Source: Octopus vulgaris (Eukaryota). Taken from it: a stretch of DNA of 64,000 nucleotides. The DNA lies in NCBI GenBank assembly GCA_951406725.2, contig OX597819.1:63984001-64048000 (forward strand). The letters run 5' to 3'. Positions 1 through 12,268 of the stretch are shown one piece after another; position 1 is the stretch's first letter; every line of letters begins with the position of its first letter. The notes under the pieces are model-generated. The model saw nothing but the letters and a program-made list of their open reading frames with translations, had not been told where the DNA came from and did no database searches. Made by a program: the position numbers and the translations under genes.

Positions 1-199
1 AATTGGCGGAGTAGATGATACAGGGACAACTGAAGAAGAGGAATATTCTTTATGTTTTATGTCTCGTTTTTATGTTTGTTTTTTTCGTTGTTAGAAAAAA
101 ATGTTCGTTCCTATGCTTTAGTTTTTATGTTTTAGTTTCTCATTGTGTTCAACGCTTTTTGATGTCCTGTACCCATATATGCATGTACATATACATACA

Positions 200-201
200 T
201 A

Positions 202-273
<72 letters not shown>

Positions 274-389
274 ATATATACATATATATATATGTATATA
301 TATGCATATATATATGCATATATATATACATATATATATACATATATATACATGTATGTATATATATACATATATATATATATACATAT

Positions 390-460
<71 letters not shown>

Positions 461-490
461 TACATATATACATATATATATATATATAAA
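200..490. repeat. (TA)n/(TACA)n microsatellite, representative of dozens of TA, CA, GA, GATA and GACA tracts across the window
   Basis: Directly visible simple repeat; explains the overlapping YIYI ORFs. Confidence 0.95.
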
Positions 491-1595
491 CATACATATT
501 GATATCCCCCGTGTGGTGATATTGTCCGATGCCTCGTCGCCACTGATACTTCCCGTGATGACCAACCTATTTCATCGTCTCTACGGGACTGGTCTCAACG
601 GCGTGCCATCGCCGACCGACTCTACTGACTGTGTCAGTCCACTATTTGTTAGTTGTGGACCAGCCCAATTCTCGCCTGGGAGAGTCGGTCACAACATATA
701 CGTATATATATACATATGTGTGTGAGTGCTCGCGCGTATGTCTACGTTTGTATATGCATATATATATTTCAGTGTGGGCGGAAATGCTGTGAAGTTATTC
801 TAATAATTTGTAAAAGAAATTAACCGCTGTGAACTACAAAATGCAAAATATCACAAAACGCAAGTGCTCTGTTATTATAGTATACATGTGATGTGACCGA
901 AAAGAGGAAGCGTAAAAATGTTAAGATGTGTCTGGTAACTGATATTCCTTCTCTATTTTATAAGATATATTTCTTCTACAGTTTGCACTTATAAGATATT
1001 ATTACATGACCTGCAGTAAAGTATAAGTTGTGATGTGTTTCGTGATAAATGTGAGAAGCATTAATAATCAGCTTCATCTTCAAAATGAACGGCGATATAA
1101 AATTATATATGTCTGGAACGATATTGTCTAGAATATAATGGGGAGTATAGTACTTGTTTATATGAAATAGTTTTTCCTTAACTCTCCATATATTTAGAAG
1201 TTGCTCCTGTCTAATGCAATTTTCTCACATTATTAAATATGTTGAGAGGAGGACGCCATATAATTCCTGAGCATATGTGAATAGCTTGAATATGGGAAAT
1301 GAATATGGGAAATATCTTTTTAGTGTATCAGTAATATGTGCAAACAGATTTTGTCATTAATGGAAAAGTAATTCGAAAGAAGTACATGTGTGGATGTGTA
1401 ACTTTAACTATACAAACATAAACATATCGATACACACAAGAACATGCACGCATACGAGTGTGCATAGTCTAAAATTCATACATAATACAAACATACATAC
1501 AAACTTACGTAGTTTTCCTATTTCACCTGTTTCAGTCAGACTGCGGTCATCCTTATTACTCTTTTTTCAATATCAATATCAATGAGCTTCAACTC

Positions 1596-1666
<71 letters not shown>

Positions 1667-1764
1667 CTGGATGACAAAGCCATCTATGAAAGTTTGGTCA
1701 TAAGGCCCATTACATGGCGTATAACTGAGCAAGACACAGCATACGGAGTATTAAAAGTCAACGA

Positions 1765-1933
1765 TTTGAGGGGAAGGGACAAGTCGAGTTGACGAATATA
1801 AAATTTGATCGCATCTGAAGTGAGGTAAGGGAAAGCTGACATCCACGGGAGTTGAATTCAAAATCTAAAGAGCCACAAGAAATAACGCTAAGCATTTTTG
1901 TCCGAGGTGATAACGAATGTTCCAGCTCACCGC
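1765..1933 (-). mobile_element. Degenerate SINE family C (Nin/Deu-domain-like)
   Basis: Reverse complement resembles the 27070 copy (GGCGGTGAGCTGG head, TGAATTCAACTCCC, CTTTCCC core). Confidence 0.6.
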
Positions 1934-2783
1934 TTTCACAATGAATAGCAAATACCTAATTGCAACCTGGCCCTTATTTACTTTATCACCAGTTTTTAAT
2001 TTTCTTTATTTTCGGTGGAGAAATTTAAAGCAATTACAAATTGTAGAGTCGACCGTCCCCACCGAGGTTCAACGTTCTATTTCGACATTTACAAGTAAGC
2101 CCCATATGATTCTTAGATCCGTTTACAAAGTTCCTGTGCTTATTCATAATAGTTCAATGATGTTATTTAAAATTTGAAGCATTGTCAATACCTTCAAATT
2201 ACAAGTGTCGGGGAGCAAATATTACGCGTTGTCGTTGTCGATTCATCCGAATGCTCAGGCATTTTACTCTGTCAACCCCCTCCCCCAACCCCACTTTTCC
2301 TCATCGGTGCTTGTTGCTTAATTCGGAGGCGTTACTATGAAACTTAAAACTCGCAAGGAAAGCTAGTCCCCTAGACACTGAGAATGATCGCAAGCAAAAA
2401 ATTTTCTAGGTTCATTTTCTTAAAAATCTTCACAAAAGCTGCTCAAATTAGCAAATTAAGGAATCAAAAATGCAGAACGTATTTATTCAGTACATGGAAA
2501 GATATGTATATGACAGCCGCCATTTTCAGAATGCAAACAGTAAGAGTTATTACGCTTCCTAGTATTTCAAACAAAGAGAAATTTTAAACATTGGATAAGA
2601 GGGCATTGAAAATAAACGAAAAATCAAAAACAAAAACAAAGAAAATAAAATCAAATTATATGAAAAGCATATCTCGAAAACTGCTTTTATTCAGCTTAAA
2701 GAAAAGAAAAAGCCAGAAGCACTCGAAAATTGCAATTGCTTTCAAGAAATCTATCTATTCATCTATCTATCTATCTATTTATC

Positions 2784-2900
<117 letters not shown>

Positions 2901-3210
2901 CTATCAATTTATCTATACATTTCCATGCACACAAACACACTCTGTCACTCTCTCTCACACATACATATACGATTTTCCGCATTCAATCCATATATTTTAT
3001 TAATATTCATAATAACCTCATTTATATTTGTATTTTCGTATCATTTTAGAATTCTCAATATTTTCAAGCGTAAATCGCTGATAACATATTAAAATAAATG
3101 TTGCAAAATATGTAAACATGTATTTCAGTATCGATATTTATATCTGATTCATATTTTTAAACATAATTAATGCCATTACTATTTTCTACAAAATACTTTT
3201 CTTTAATATC

Positions 3211-3574
3211 GTGCAACTCCGTCGGCTACGACGACGACGGTTCCAGTTGATCAGATCAACGAAACAGCCAGCTCGTGAAATTAACGTGCAAGTGGATGAT
3301 CAATCCACAGACACATATACCCGTAATGTAGTTCACGGGGAAATTCAGCGTGCACAGAGTGTGACAAGACTGGCCCTTTGAAATACGGATAGAACACAAA
3401 CAGGAAGAAAGAGTGGGAGAAAGTGGCAAAAGAATACAGCAGGCTTCGCCACCCCTCCCTGCCAGAGCCTCGTGGAGATTTAGGAGTTTTCGCTCAGTAA
3501 ACGGTCTGGGAATCGAAACCGCGATCCTATGACCTCGAATCCGCTGCCCTAACTAGTGCGCCATTGTGCCTCCA
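3211..3574 (-). mobile_element. tRNA-derived SINE family B, long-tail form
   Basis: Reverse complement begins TGGAGGCACAATGGCGCACTAGTTAGGGCAGCGGA...GGTTTCGATTCCCAGACC with A/B-box-like motifs; same head as 28114. Confidence 0.85.
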
Positions 3575-3629
3575 CTTTGATAACACTGCATAGAAACGCC
3601 AAATCATCATATAATTCATTTGTAATTCA

Positions 3630-3837
3630 TTGTACAAGTTTGAGGGAGGGGGCCAGTGGATTAGATCGATCCCAGTATGCAACTTGTACTTAATTTATCG
3701 ACTCCGAAAGACTGAAAGTCAAAGTCGACCTCGGTGGGATTTGAACTTAGATCGTATAGACTGAACTCAGAACATAAACTCATAAATAACTCTAAGCGAT
3801 TCGCCATGGCGTGCTAACGATTCTGCCAGCTCACCAC
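3630..3837 (-). mobile_element. SINE family C (Nin/Deu-domain-like)
   Basis: Reverse complement GTGGTGAGCTGGCAGAATCGTTAGCACGCC...GTTCAAATCCCACCGAGGTCGACTTTGACTTTCAGTCTTTCGGAGTCGATAAATTAAGTAC matches the 27070 copy. Confidence 0.85.
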
Positions 3838-4437
3838 TCTCGAATCGTCTTGTAATTGAATGAGAAAAATATGATATAAATGTTTTTGTTTACGGGTTTT
3901 TAATTAATATATATATATATATATATATATATGCATATTAGAGGGAAACCCCTATGTGGACACACTTATGCAAGAAATAGATCCGCTATGGTCTTACCAC
4001 TAAGAAATGTTTAGCGAAACAACCAAAACGTAATCGAGCAAAACAGAAGAAAAAGCAATAAAAATATGGATTATTCGCATACATTAGATATAACATATTA
4101 CGTGATTTTACTTACATAAATGTCCGTAGATCATCGGTGCGACCGTCCAGATGAATATAATTTGCAGGACTGCATACCAGGACGTCCGCACAAAGTCAGA
4201 CTTGTAAAACAATCCTACTAAATTACACTCGTGTTTACTATTTCAAATGTCCTCGTTTCGGCGCGCTAAATTTATCAGAAAAACTGATGTTGCAGATAAT
4301 ACTTTACTGCAGCGGCCTTTGCCGGTTAAAGAACGTATTAATTTAAATTTAAAATGAGGGTGAGAAATTAGATGTTAATTTAATTAACATCGATTTCAGT
4401 TGTGTATCACTACACAGCCACTCCTACGCCTCGGGGA

Positions 4438-4598
4438 GGCGTAGGAGTGGTTGTGTAAGTTTTGCTTACCAACAACATGGTTCCGCGTTCAGTCCCACTG
4501 CGACGGACCTTTGGCAAAATGTCTTCTACTATAGCCTCGGGCCAACCAAAGCCTTGTGAGTGGATTTGGTAGACGGAAACTGAAAGAAGCATGTCCTA

Positions 4599-4680
<82 letters not shown>

Positions 4681-5287
4681 AGGGACAGGCCACAGGCTGC
4701 TTAGCCGCATACCGAAAAAATTAGAAATAGCAGTCGGAGACTGTTTATTTCTATTTTCTACAAGTGGGGCTCCACATACGATATAACCCTGCAATTCCCA
4801 TATGCAAAACAGAAGGAATAAATAACGAAAACATAGCCTAACCGTTAATTGCGAACATGTTTCTAGATTAGAAATATGAAAATATATTTCATGTCTTTCA
4901 TCAGCGCAATCTTCCATAGATTTATCAAATGCCGCCTACCTCCACCTTTGACCAGGTGACATCAAAATAGTGGAAGACGTTGAGCATAGGCTAAACCTAT
5001 ATAGACAATTGAATCCGTAAATTATCCCTTCAAAATACCTTAGGGGTAGAAACTATGGGTTGTCGTATGCATGTATGTGTGTACATGTTTGTGCTTCCCC
5101 CCCTGCCCCGACATCGCTTGACAACCGAATGGTGTGTGTTTACGTCCCGTAACTTAGCGGTACGGCAAAAGAAACCGATAAAATAAGTACTAGGCTGACA
5201 AAGAATAAGTCCTGGGGTCGATTTGCTCGACTAAAAGCGGTGCTCCAGCATGGCCCCAGTCAAATGACTGAAACAAGTAAATGAGTA
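4438..5287 (+). mobile_element. SINE family A split by an insertion: 5' half 4438-4597, 3' half ~5061-5287
   Basis: Both halves align to the full copies at 28830 and 40144; an unrelated ~390 bp segment sits after the internal (TA)n. Confidence 0.85.
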
Positions 5288-6199
5288 TATGCTGTATTAG
5301 AAAGAACCACACGGAGACGTTTCAAGTAAACAGCAAGAAAAACAAAGCAATGTATCGTTATGGACTTTAGAAGATAAGGATTCAGAATTTAGTTAGACCT
5401 CCGACTGACTTTCCTTAACATCTCTGTATGATATAACGTCATCGGTAAAACTATTTAAATAGTATTTCTACGATGAAATCAAGATACAATAACGCGTGAT
5501 GTTACATTTTCTATTCCGTAGCCCTGTACGATTTATAAAATGCGATGTCTTCGTTTCATTTCGTCTCATTACTTTCCTTGATTCAAAACATTTCCGGCTC
5601 TTACAGTTAAATTTATTTTCATTAGTAATTCCGTTATTTCACATGGAGACGTAATATCCGCTGAAGATGAAATTTTAGAAAATCTTTCAAAAACAATATG
5701 TTTACTGTCAAAATATTCCAGGATTTCATTAGCAATAATAGGAGGATAAAATGTTAGATATGCAAATAAATGCAAAATAAAAATAGAATAAAACGAACGT
5801 TAGAATAAAATCGAAATGCTGGAATGATGATACAACCCCCCACCCACACCCCCGAAAAATATGAAAATATAATAATTATTTGTTACATAAAATAGATTTG
5901 ATATTCCCCAAATTTCAATGCAGGTATTAAACAAAACATAAGACAAACGAATCCCTGAATATATAAATATAGAATAGGAAAATTGAATATGTTGTTATCG
6001 CGATATATATATATGTTCTAAAATATATGAGAATATATTAGCAAGAAGCATTAAACTGCAGCGCAGGGAGTCCCGGATTTTGAGAGTCAGCTAAGTATAG
6101 TGTTCAGAACATATTAAAAGAAGCACCTGAAGACAAAGAAATACACAGTGACATGGGCACGCAAATACTCATCCGCTTATATATAAATATATATATATG

Positions 6200-6273
<74 letters not shown>

Positions 6274-6474
6274 CATATGTGTGTGTGTGTGTGTGAGTCT
6301 GTGTGTGTATTAAAGTCATACCACCGAAAACCACGAGACCCCATTGTTATTATATCCATTTTCTTCTCCCATATAATCTAAACTACGGTTTACCAACCGA
6401 ACCATCTGCTACCGTGCAACTTTACAAAAGGCTGTGCCTGCCATAGGTAATAACCAGAAGTGACTTTGGATTTT

Positions 6475-6810
6475 GTTATCCCTTAGAGGTATTAAGCTCC
6501 TGTAACTATATATATAGTTATCGCCACGCAAACATGGCAATCCAGAAAAATAGGACGAATGCTGGCGTTGATTAGCTCTAAGAGGCCATCGTCTCTAGCT
6601 AGCACTGTAACACATTTTAACCTTCGAACAGGGGAGGTCAGTCCCTTCACCTTGCTGGTCTGGCACCTACAGACTAGTTTCAGGGTACTTGTCCCTTACA
6701 ATGTTGAGCAGCCGAACCAAGCAGGCGTCACTACTATCAAGTACCATGTTAGCGTAGATATAACTCTTACTATCTAGTACCGTTGCTGTATTCCCCTTTA
6801 GAGACACTTA
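6475..6810. repeat. Dispersed repeat (second copy 32415-32800), probably PLE terminal-repeat-derived
   Basis: Shares TCCAGAAAAATAGGACGAATG, TTCGAACAGGGGAGGTCAG and GCCGAACC(A/C)AGCAGGCGTCACT with 32415-32800. Confidence 0.7.
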
Positions 6811-6861
6811 GAAATATTATTATATATGTATTTATATATATAACTGAAACAAGTAAAATAA

Positions 6862-6901
<40 letters not shown>

Positions 6902-6919
6902 CATACATATATTATATTA

Positions 6920-7085
6920 TTTGCTTCAGTTATTTGACTGCGACCATATCGGAACGTCGAACTTAGTCGATCGAATCGACCCCTGTCAGCCTAGAACTTA
7001 TTCCATCGGTAACTTTGGCCGAACCACTAAGTGACGAGAACGTAAACACACCAACATCGGTTGTCAAGCGATGATGGGACACAAA
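6920..7085 (-). mobile_element. SINE family A, 3' half
   Basis: Reverse complement of CATCGCTTGACAACCGATG...TGTGTTTACGT through the CAGTCAAAT(A)ACTGAA tail. Confidence 0.8.
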
Positions 7086-7093
7086 TATATATT

Positions 7094-7133
<40 letters not shown>

Positions 7134-7277
7134 TGTATATATATATATATACATATATATAAATATATATATGTGTATATCTATCGATCTATCTATTTAT
7201 TTATCTTTGTCTCTCTCTGTCTCTCTGTCTCTCACTGTCTCTCTGTCTGCCTCTGTCTGTCTGTCTCTCTCTCTCTC

Positions 7278-7338
<61 letters not shown>

Positions 7339-7620
7339 ATAGCAATTAAGGGTAAAACTAATTAATTACGAAGTAATCAATAAATTCCACCAAGTAGAAT
7401 TCGGTATGAAAACAGGACCGTTATACGGTAAATTCTAGTAATACTAATATTGAGGGGTCAGCTAAAGAAATGCCTCACCACATACCGAAGTTTAGAAATA
7501 GCAGCCAAAATCTAAGCCATTTCTTCTACTTAAAAAAGGGTCTACCAGAGAAACCATAATACTTGAATCTTATTCATCCAGGCAGAGGGTAACGTAACGA
7601 AAATCTATCAATATCCGATT

Positions 7621-7710
7621 ATCCATAGACGCGCGTTTCGGAATCAGGATTTAAGTAAAGAATATCCAAAAATATGAACTTTACTAACCACATTCCTCTT
7701 CAGTATGGAT
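7621..7710 (-). ncRNA. Type I hammerhead ribozyme, canonical core
   Basis: Minus strand: AUCCAUA-CUGAAGA-GGAAU...AUUCC-GAAA-CGCGCG-UC^UAUGGAU. 7 bp stem I, 5 bp stem II with a long extension, palindromic stem III, GUC cleavage triplet. Confidence 0.85.
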
Positions 7711-7954
7711 TTTCTGCAATAATCCGAAGGTACTAAAACATTAGAATGACTCCTTCAATGTAACGTTCGCTAATGCTAGTACCGCCAGATTCAAAACAAG
7801 AATGAAAGTCGCTTAGCATATTTATATAGTATATTTATATACAAACTCACAGATATATAAGACCTCCGGAGTTGTTTTCTGTAACCTTATTACTCACTCT
7901 AACGGTTCCCTTTGCCGATACCGCTACTCCATCGGTCTCCGTTGCCGAACAGCT

Positions 7955-8170
7955 TAGGGTCCTCATGCAGTATTGAAAGGTTTAGGATACCAGTGCGATA
8001 TACTTTGGTGTTTCTGGGGTTGTACGTGCAAATATATGGTAATATATTTAGAGTGAGTGTCTTGTAAATTTTGACCTCTGTTAGTATTTTCATATATATT
8101 CTTTTTGCACGGTTTAGCCTATCATCTATACGCAAAGTTGTGCAGTGTCTGTCTACGAGTGTGTTCTCAC
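7955..8170 (-). pseudogene. Penelope-like element ORF fragment (RT thumb/linker)
   Basis: ORF 7899-8297 reads ...RLNRAKRI...ILPYICTYNPRN...LSILHEDPKL, resembling the PLE linker motif P(Y/F)xxTYNP; the hammerhead lies downstream on the same strand. Confidence 0.6.
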
Positions 8171-8186
8171 TTATATACATATACCG

Positions 8187-8262
<76 letters not shown>

Positions 8263-8549
8263 GTATGTATGTATGTATATATAGAATAAGAAAGCAAACA
8301 ACAATGCGATGACGTGGAGCATGTAAATAATTACCAAATTAACAGATTCTCAGGGAAGGAATGATAGGTGGTTTTACTTTTCGAAAAAGGATCCTTTTCA
8401 GAAACAGGAGACAGAGGAAAGTCCAATATAAAAGAATGGATGGAATAAAATCGCCAACGACTCACATGTTTACATACATACATATATATATATCTATTCA
8501 TAAATGAGGGTGAAAAATTAGATATTAATTTAATAATACCATCAGTTTA

Positions 8550-8600
<51 letters not shown>

Positions 8601-8679
8601 CAGAGAGAGACAGAAAGAGAAGGAGAGAGAGAAAGAGAGGGTGAGAGAGAAAGAGAGAGAATGAGAAAGATAGTCAGAC

Positions 8680-8730
<51 letters not shown>

Positions 8731-8878
8731 AAAGCAGCAGATATATCACAAAAGACTGTTACTCAGAGTTTTACGTTCCCGTTCGTCAGACAGTTTTGTT
8801 TCGAATCTAGACAAAGCTGTCCGACGACCGGGAGCGTGACACTCTGGGTAACAATCTTTGTCATATATATGCTGCTTT
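8731..8878. repeat. ~70 bp-arm palindrome carrying two diverged hammerhead motifs
   Basis: Arms 8731-8800 and 8809-8878 are reverse complements; each contains a CTGACGA ACG GGAA CGT GAAA CTC T GAG TA-like motif. Confidence 0.8.
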
Positions 8879-8924
8879 CCAACAAAGCATATTACTCTAC
8901 CTCTGGTAATCGAGTACTATTTTT

Positions 8925-9390
8925 CCACCTTGTTTCGCATTTTGACATATCCATCTCAAACGCAAAGAAATCGACCTTCTTTTTTTGAAACAAATCATCA
9001 CTGGTGATGAAAAGTGGATTTTCCAGAATAATAACAATAGAAAACGATCATGGTCCAAGCGTAATGAACCAGCATAAAACACATTGAAACCTGAATTGCA
9101 TTAAAAAGTGTCATGCTGTCAATGTGGTGAGATTACAAAGTTGTGTATTTTGAGCTGCTTCCAAGGAACCAGACGATCAATTCAGATGTTTACTGTCAAC
9201 ACCTAATGAAACTGTATGAAGAAATCAAAGAAAATGGTCAGAAAAAAGAATCGTGTTCCACCATGACAACGCTAGAGCACACGTCTTTGCTAATTCGTGA
9301 AAAATTATTGGTGTTATGGTTGGGAAGTGATGTCACATGCACCCTATAGCCCTGATATTGCACCATGAAATTACCATTGAATTCGAAGAT
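8925..9390 (+). pseudogene. Mariner (Tc1/mariner) transposase relic
   Basis: Frameshifted motifs FLKQIITGDEKW, YFELLPRNQTINSDVYC, FHHDNARAHT, PYSPDIAP (mariner DD34D-type catalytic domain). Confidence 0.9.
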
Positions 9391-9852
9391 TTTGCTTCTG
9401 TTATTATTTTCAGTAATTGAATGCTTATTTAACAGACTAATATAATGTGAAGAGATAATTTGTAAAAAAAACTTTTTGTGATAGAAAAACTAATCCTACC
9501 CGTGTGCGAGTTGATAATCAAGTAATACCTAAAACTCCTTGGAAAGTTCTTAATAATAGCTTCACTGAACGGAAAGGAATATTCGATTTAATTTGCCTCT
9601 CATAAGGAATAATCAAGCAAATAGTTTTGATAGTAGTTGCCTTGTTGTTGGTGTAATTATCTTTAAAAGACTTTAGGATGAAAAAAGGGTTTTAAAAATG
9701 GTTATCTCCCTTACGCTGTAAAAACAAACTTTATCCTGTGATTTTGGAATAATACCAATGCTGTCTTCGAAACATATTTCGGAAGCAAAAAATTGGAATA
9801 ACACCTGCGTTTAACTCCGACACACATTTTTTTCTCTCCTTGTTTTTTCTAT

Positions 9853-9894
9853 GTCCCTTTCTGTAGAAGAGCGTAGGCTCGAAACGTAAAAGAC
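9853..9894 (+). ncRNA. Minimal hammerhead-like motif with variant core (CUGUAGA)
   Basis: CUUU-CUGUAGA-A-GAGC-GUAG-GCUC-GAAA-CGUA^AAAG; stems I and II pair and stem III is the ACGU palindrome. Confidence 0.55.
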
Positions 9895-10135
9895 TTTTCT
9901 ATTCCTGAGCGATATACTAATACATCAGTTTGTTTTGTACACCACCTGTCATCGTCTTCTGTTTTTTTCGTAAACCCTCCCTATATATCACACGCTCACT
10001 TGTTCGCACATGTTGATCCTGTCATTTCTTACCACACACGAACATCTCCACTGGACTCTCTATCTACCCTTTACGGATTCTCGTTTGAATATTTACCTTT
10101 CGGCTGCACCTCTCCTACATACGGATCACTGTGGA

Positions 10136-10214
<79 letters not shown>

Positions 10215-10267
10215 GCAAGTATATCTGGTTATACATAGAAGTATATGCATATAGATCTATGTATAAC

Positions 10268-10325
<58 letters not shown>

Positions 10326-10326
10326 A

Positions 10327-10372
<46 letters not shown>

Positions 10373-10624
10373 TAATTATATGCATGTATTCCACTTTCTT
10401 AGGAGGTCATGTAGTATCCCATATATTCTGAATGAGATGTGTTCATTGATTTAAAGAAATTTTAGATTAAAATAGAATTTTATACTCTGAAGAAATTAGG
10501 AGCAAAAATTTATACAGGTACTATGAAGAAGCCGGTCAAAGGAATACGCATCTTCTGGTAAAAAGGTGGAAGAGAAAAGAAGGAAAGGAGAAATTTAGAG
10601 AGAAATAATACAGATGGGAGCTGC

Positions 10625-10671
<47 letters not shown>

Positions 10672-10923
10672 GAGTGAGGGAGAGATACTGGCTAACGCAG
10701 AATATATGTAAAGAACCAGAAGCACTCATACGCACATACGCTCGCGTATACATTTAAAGATATTCATATATATATATGTGTGTGTATGTACATATGCACA
10801 AACACACACACATATACACACAAATATATATATACATTCACACACAACTTATCGCTCTATTTCTCTGGATATATATTCTTCCTCTCCTCGCTCTTTTCTA
10901 TTAACCTCTCTTTGTATACACAC

Positions 10924-11002
<79 letters not shown>

Positions 11003-11015
11003 CATACATACATAC

Positions 11016-11065
<50 letters not shown>

Positions 11066-12237
11066 TGTGAATAATAAATAGTGAGTGAAGCTAGACATTG
11101 TAAGAGGATTAAATTATCTTTGCGTTTCGTTGTAATGGGTTAGCATTGTCAAGATGGTTTGAGCTAAATAAAGACTAAAATTACGATCAGAGGTCGAAAA
11201 TCATACAGACACAAACAAATATTTCCTATATACATAAGATCAGAAACACATCCATGTATATACATATACACATGAACATTTTCGTACATTAACACATACA
11301 TAAAGACGCACCGATGAATAAACTTGTATGAATATGTATATTAGTCTATGCCTATATTGCAGAACGAATAGAGGAAACATTAAAAATATACCAGCACGAA
11401 AGAAAAACATTGAAAATCAATAAAAGCATTAAGGGCTCTAAATAGGTAATTCTATATTATAAATAGAAATAACATGGTTTTAACTCATTTTTTTTCTTTT
11501 AGATTCATTCCAAAATGTCTGTACTCGAAAATAGATGCATTAACTGAAGAAAATTTGATTTGATGATGTCTGAGGAAGGTTATATTAAAACATTCTGGTG
11601 ATTTTATTTTTTGTAATCATATATCATATTGTGGGTGTATTGATAGGTTTTTAAAGAACATTGGAGAAACAAAGAAATTCAAAGACAGCAAATTGTTCTG
11701 TTATTCAGACGTGCTCCATCTTATGCAAAATTAAACTGCAATAGTTTGTTTATACAGCAAAATCAGAAAGCTCTGTGTGTGTTCGTGTGAATATGTATGT
11801 GTTTGTGTATGTATATGGGAGTGTGTGTTTGTGTATGCATATGCGAGTGTGTGTTTGTGTGTAAACTATATAAATTACGTTAGCATATATACAAATGCAA
11901 TAGCGCTGTTTTCCCCATATTTCATAATATATAGCTATTCAAATAAGAAAATAGAATAAAAGTTTTAAATGGCTTGGTGAATATGATGGACCAAACGTTT
12001 AAGAGAAGTTACAAACGTACACATTGCGCAAGTGCGCCATGCTCGAATGCAAACACACATACACATACACTCACAAACTTACACGCACACATATATGCCA
12101 GGACAACATTGGCCCCCTTTCCATCCACGCTAGCCGCCCATTTCTTCCTATTGTTTTCATTTCGCACACTGTGTTCTCCTACCTGAGACATGCCTATTTC
12201 TTTTTTCCCTATTTTTCTCCCTGTTCATCAATCCTCC

Positions 12238-12268
12238 CTGATGAAGAGCGCTGGCTCGAAACATTAAA
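12238..12268 (+). ncRNA. Hammerhead core, same family as 9853, stems I/III eroded
   Basis: CUGAUGA-A-GAGC-GCUG-GCUC-GAAAC. Confidence 0.5.
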
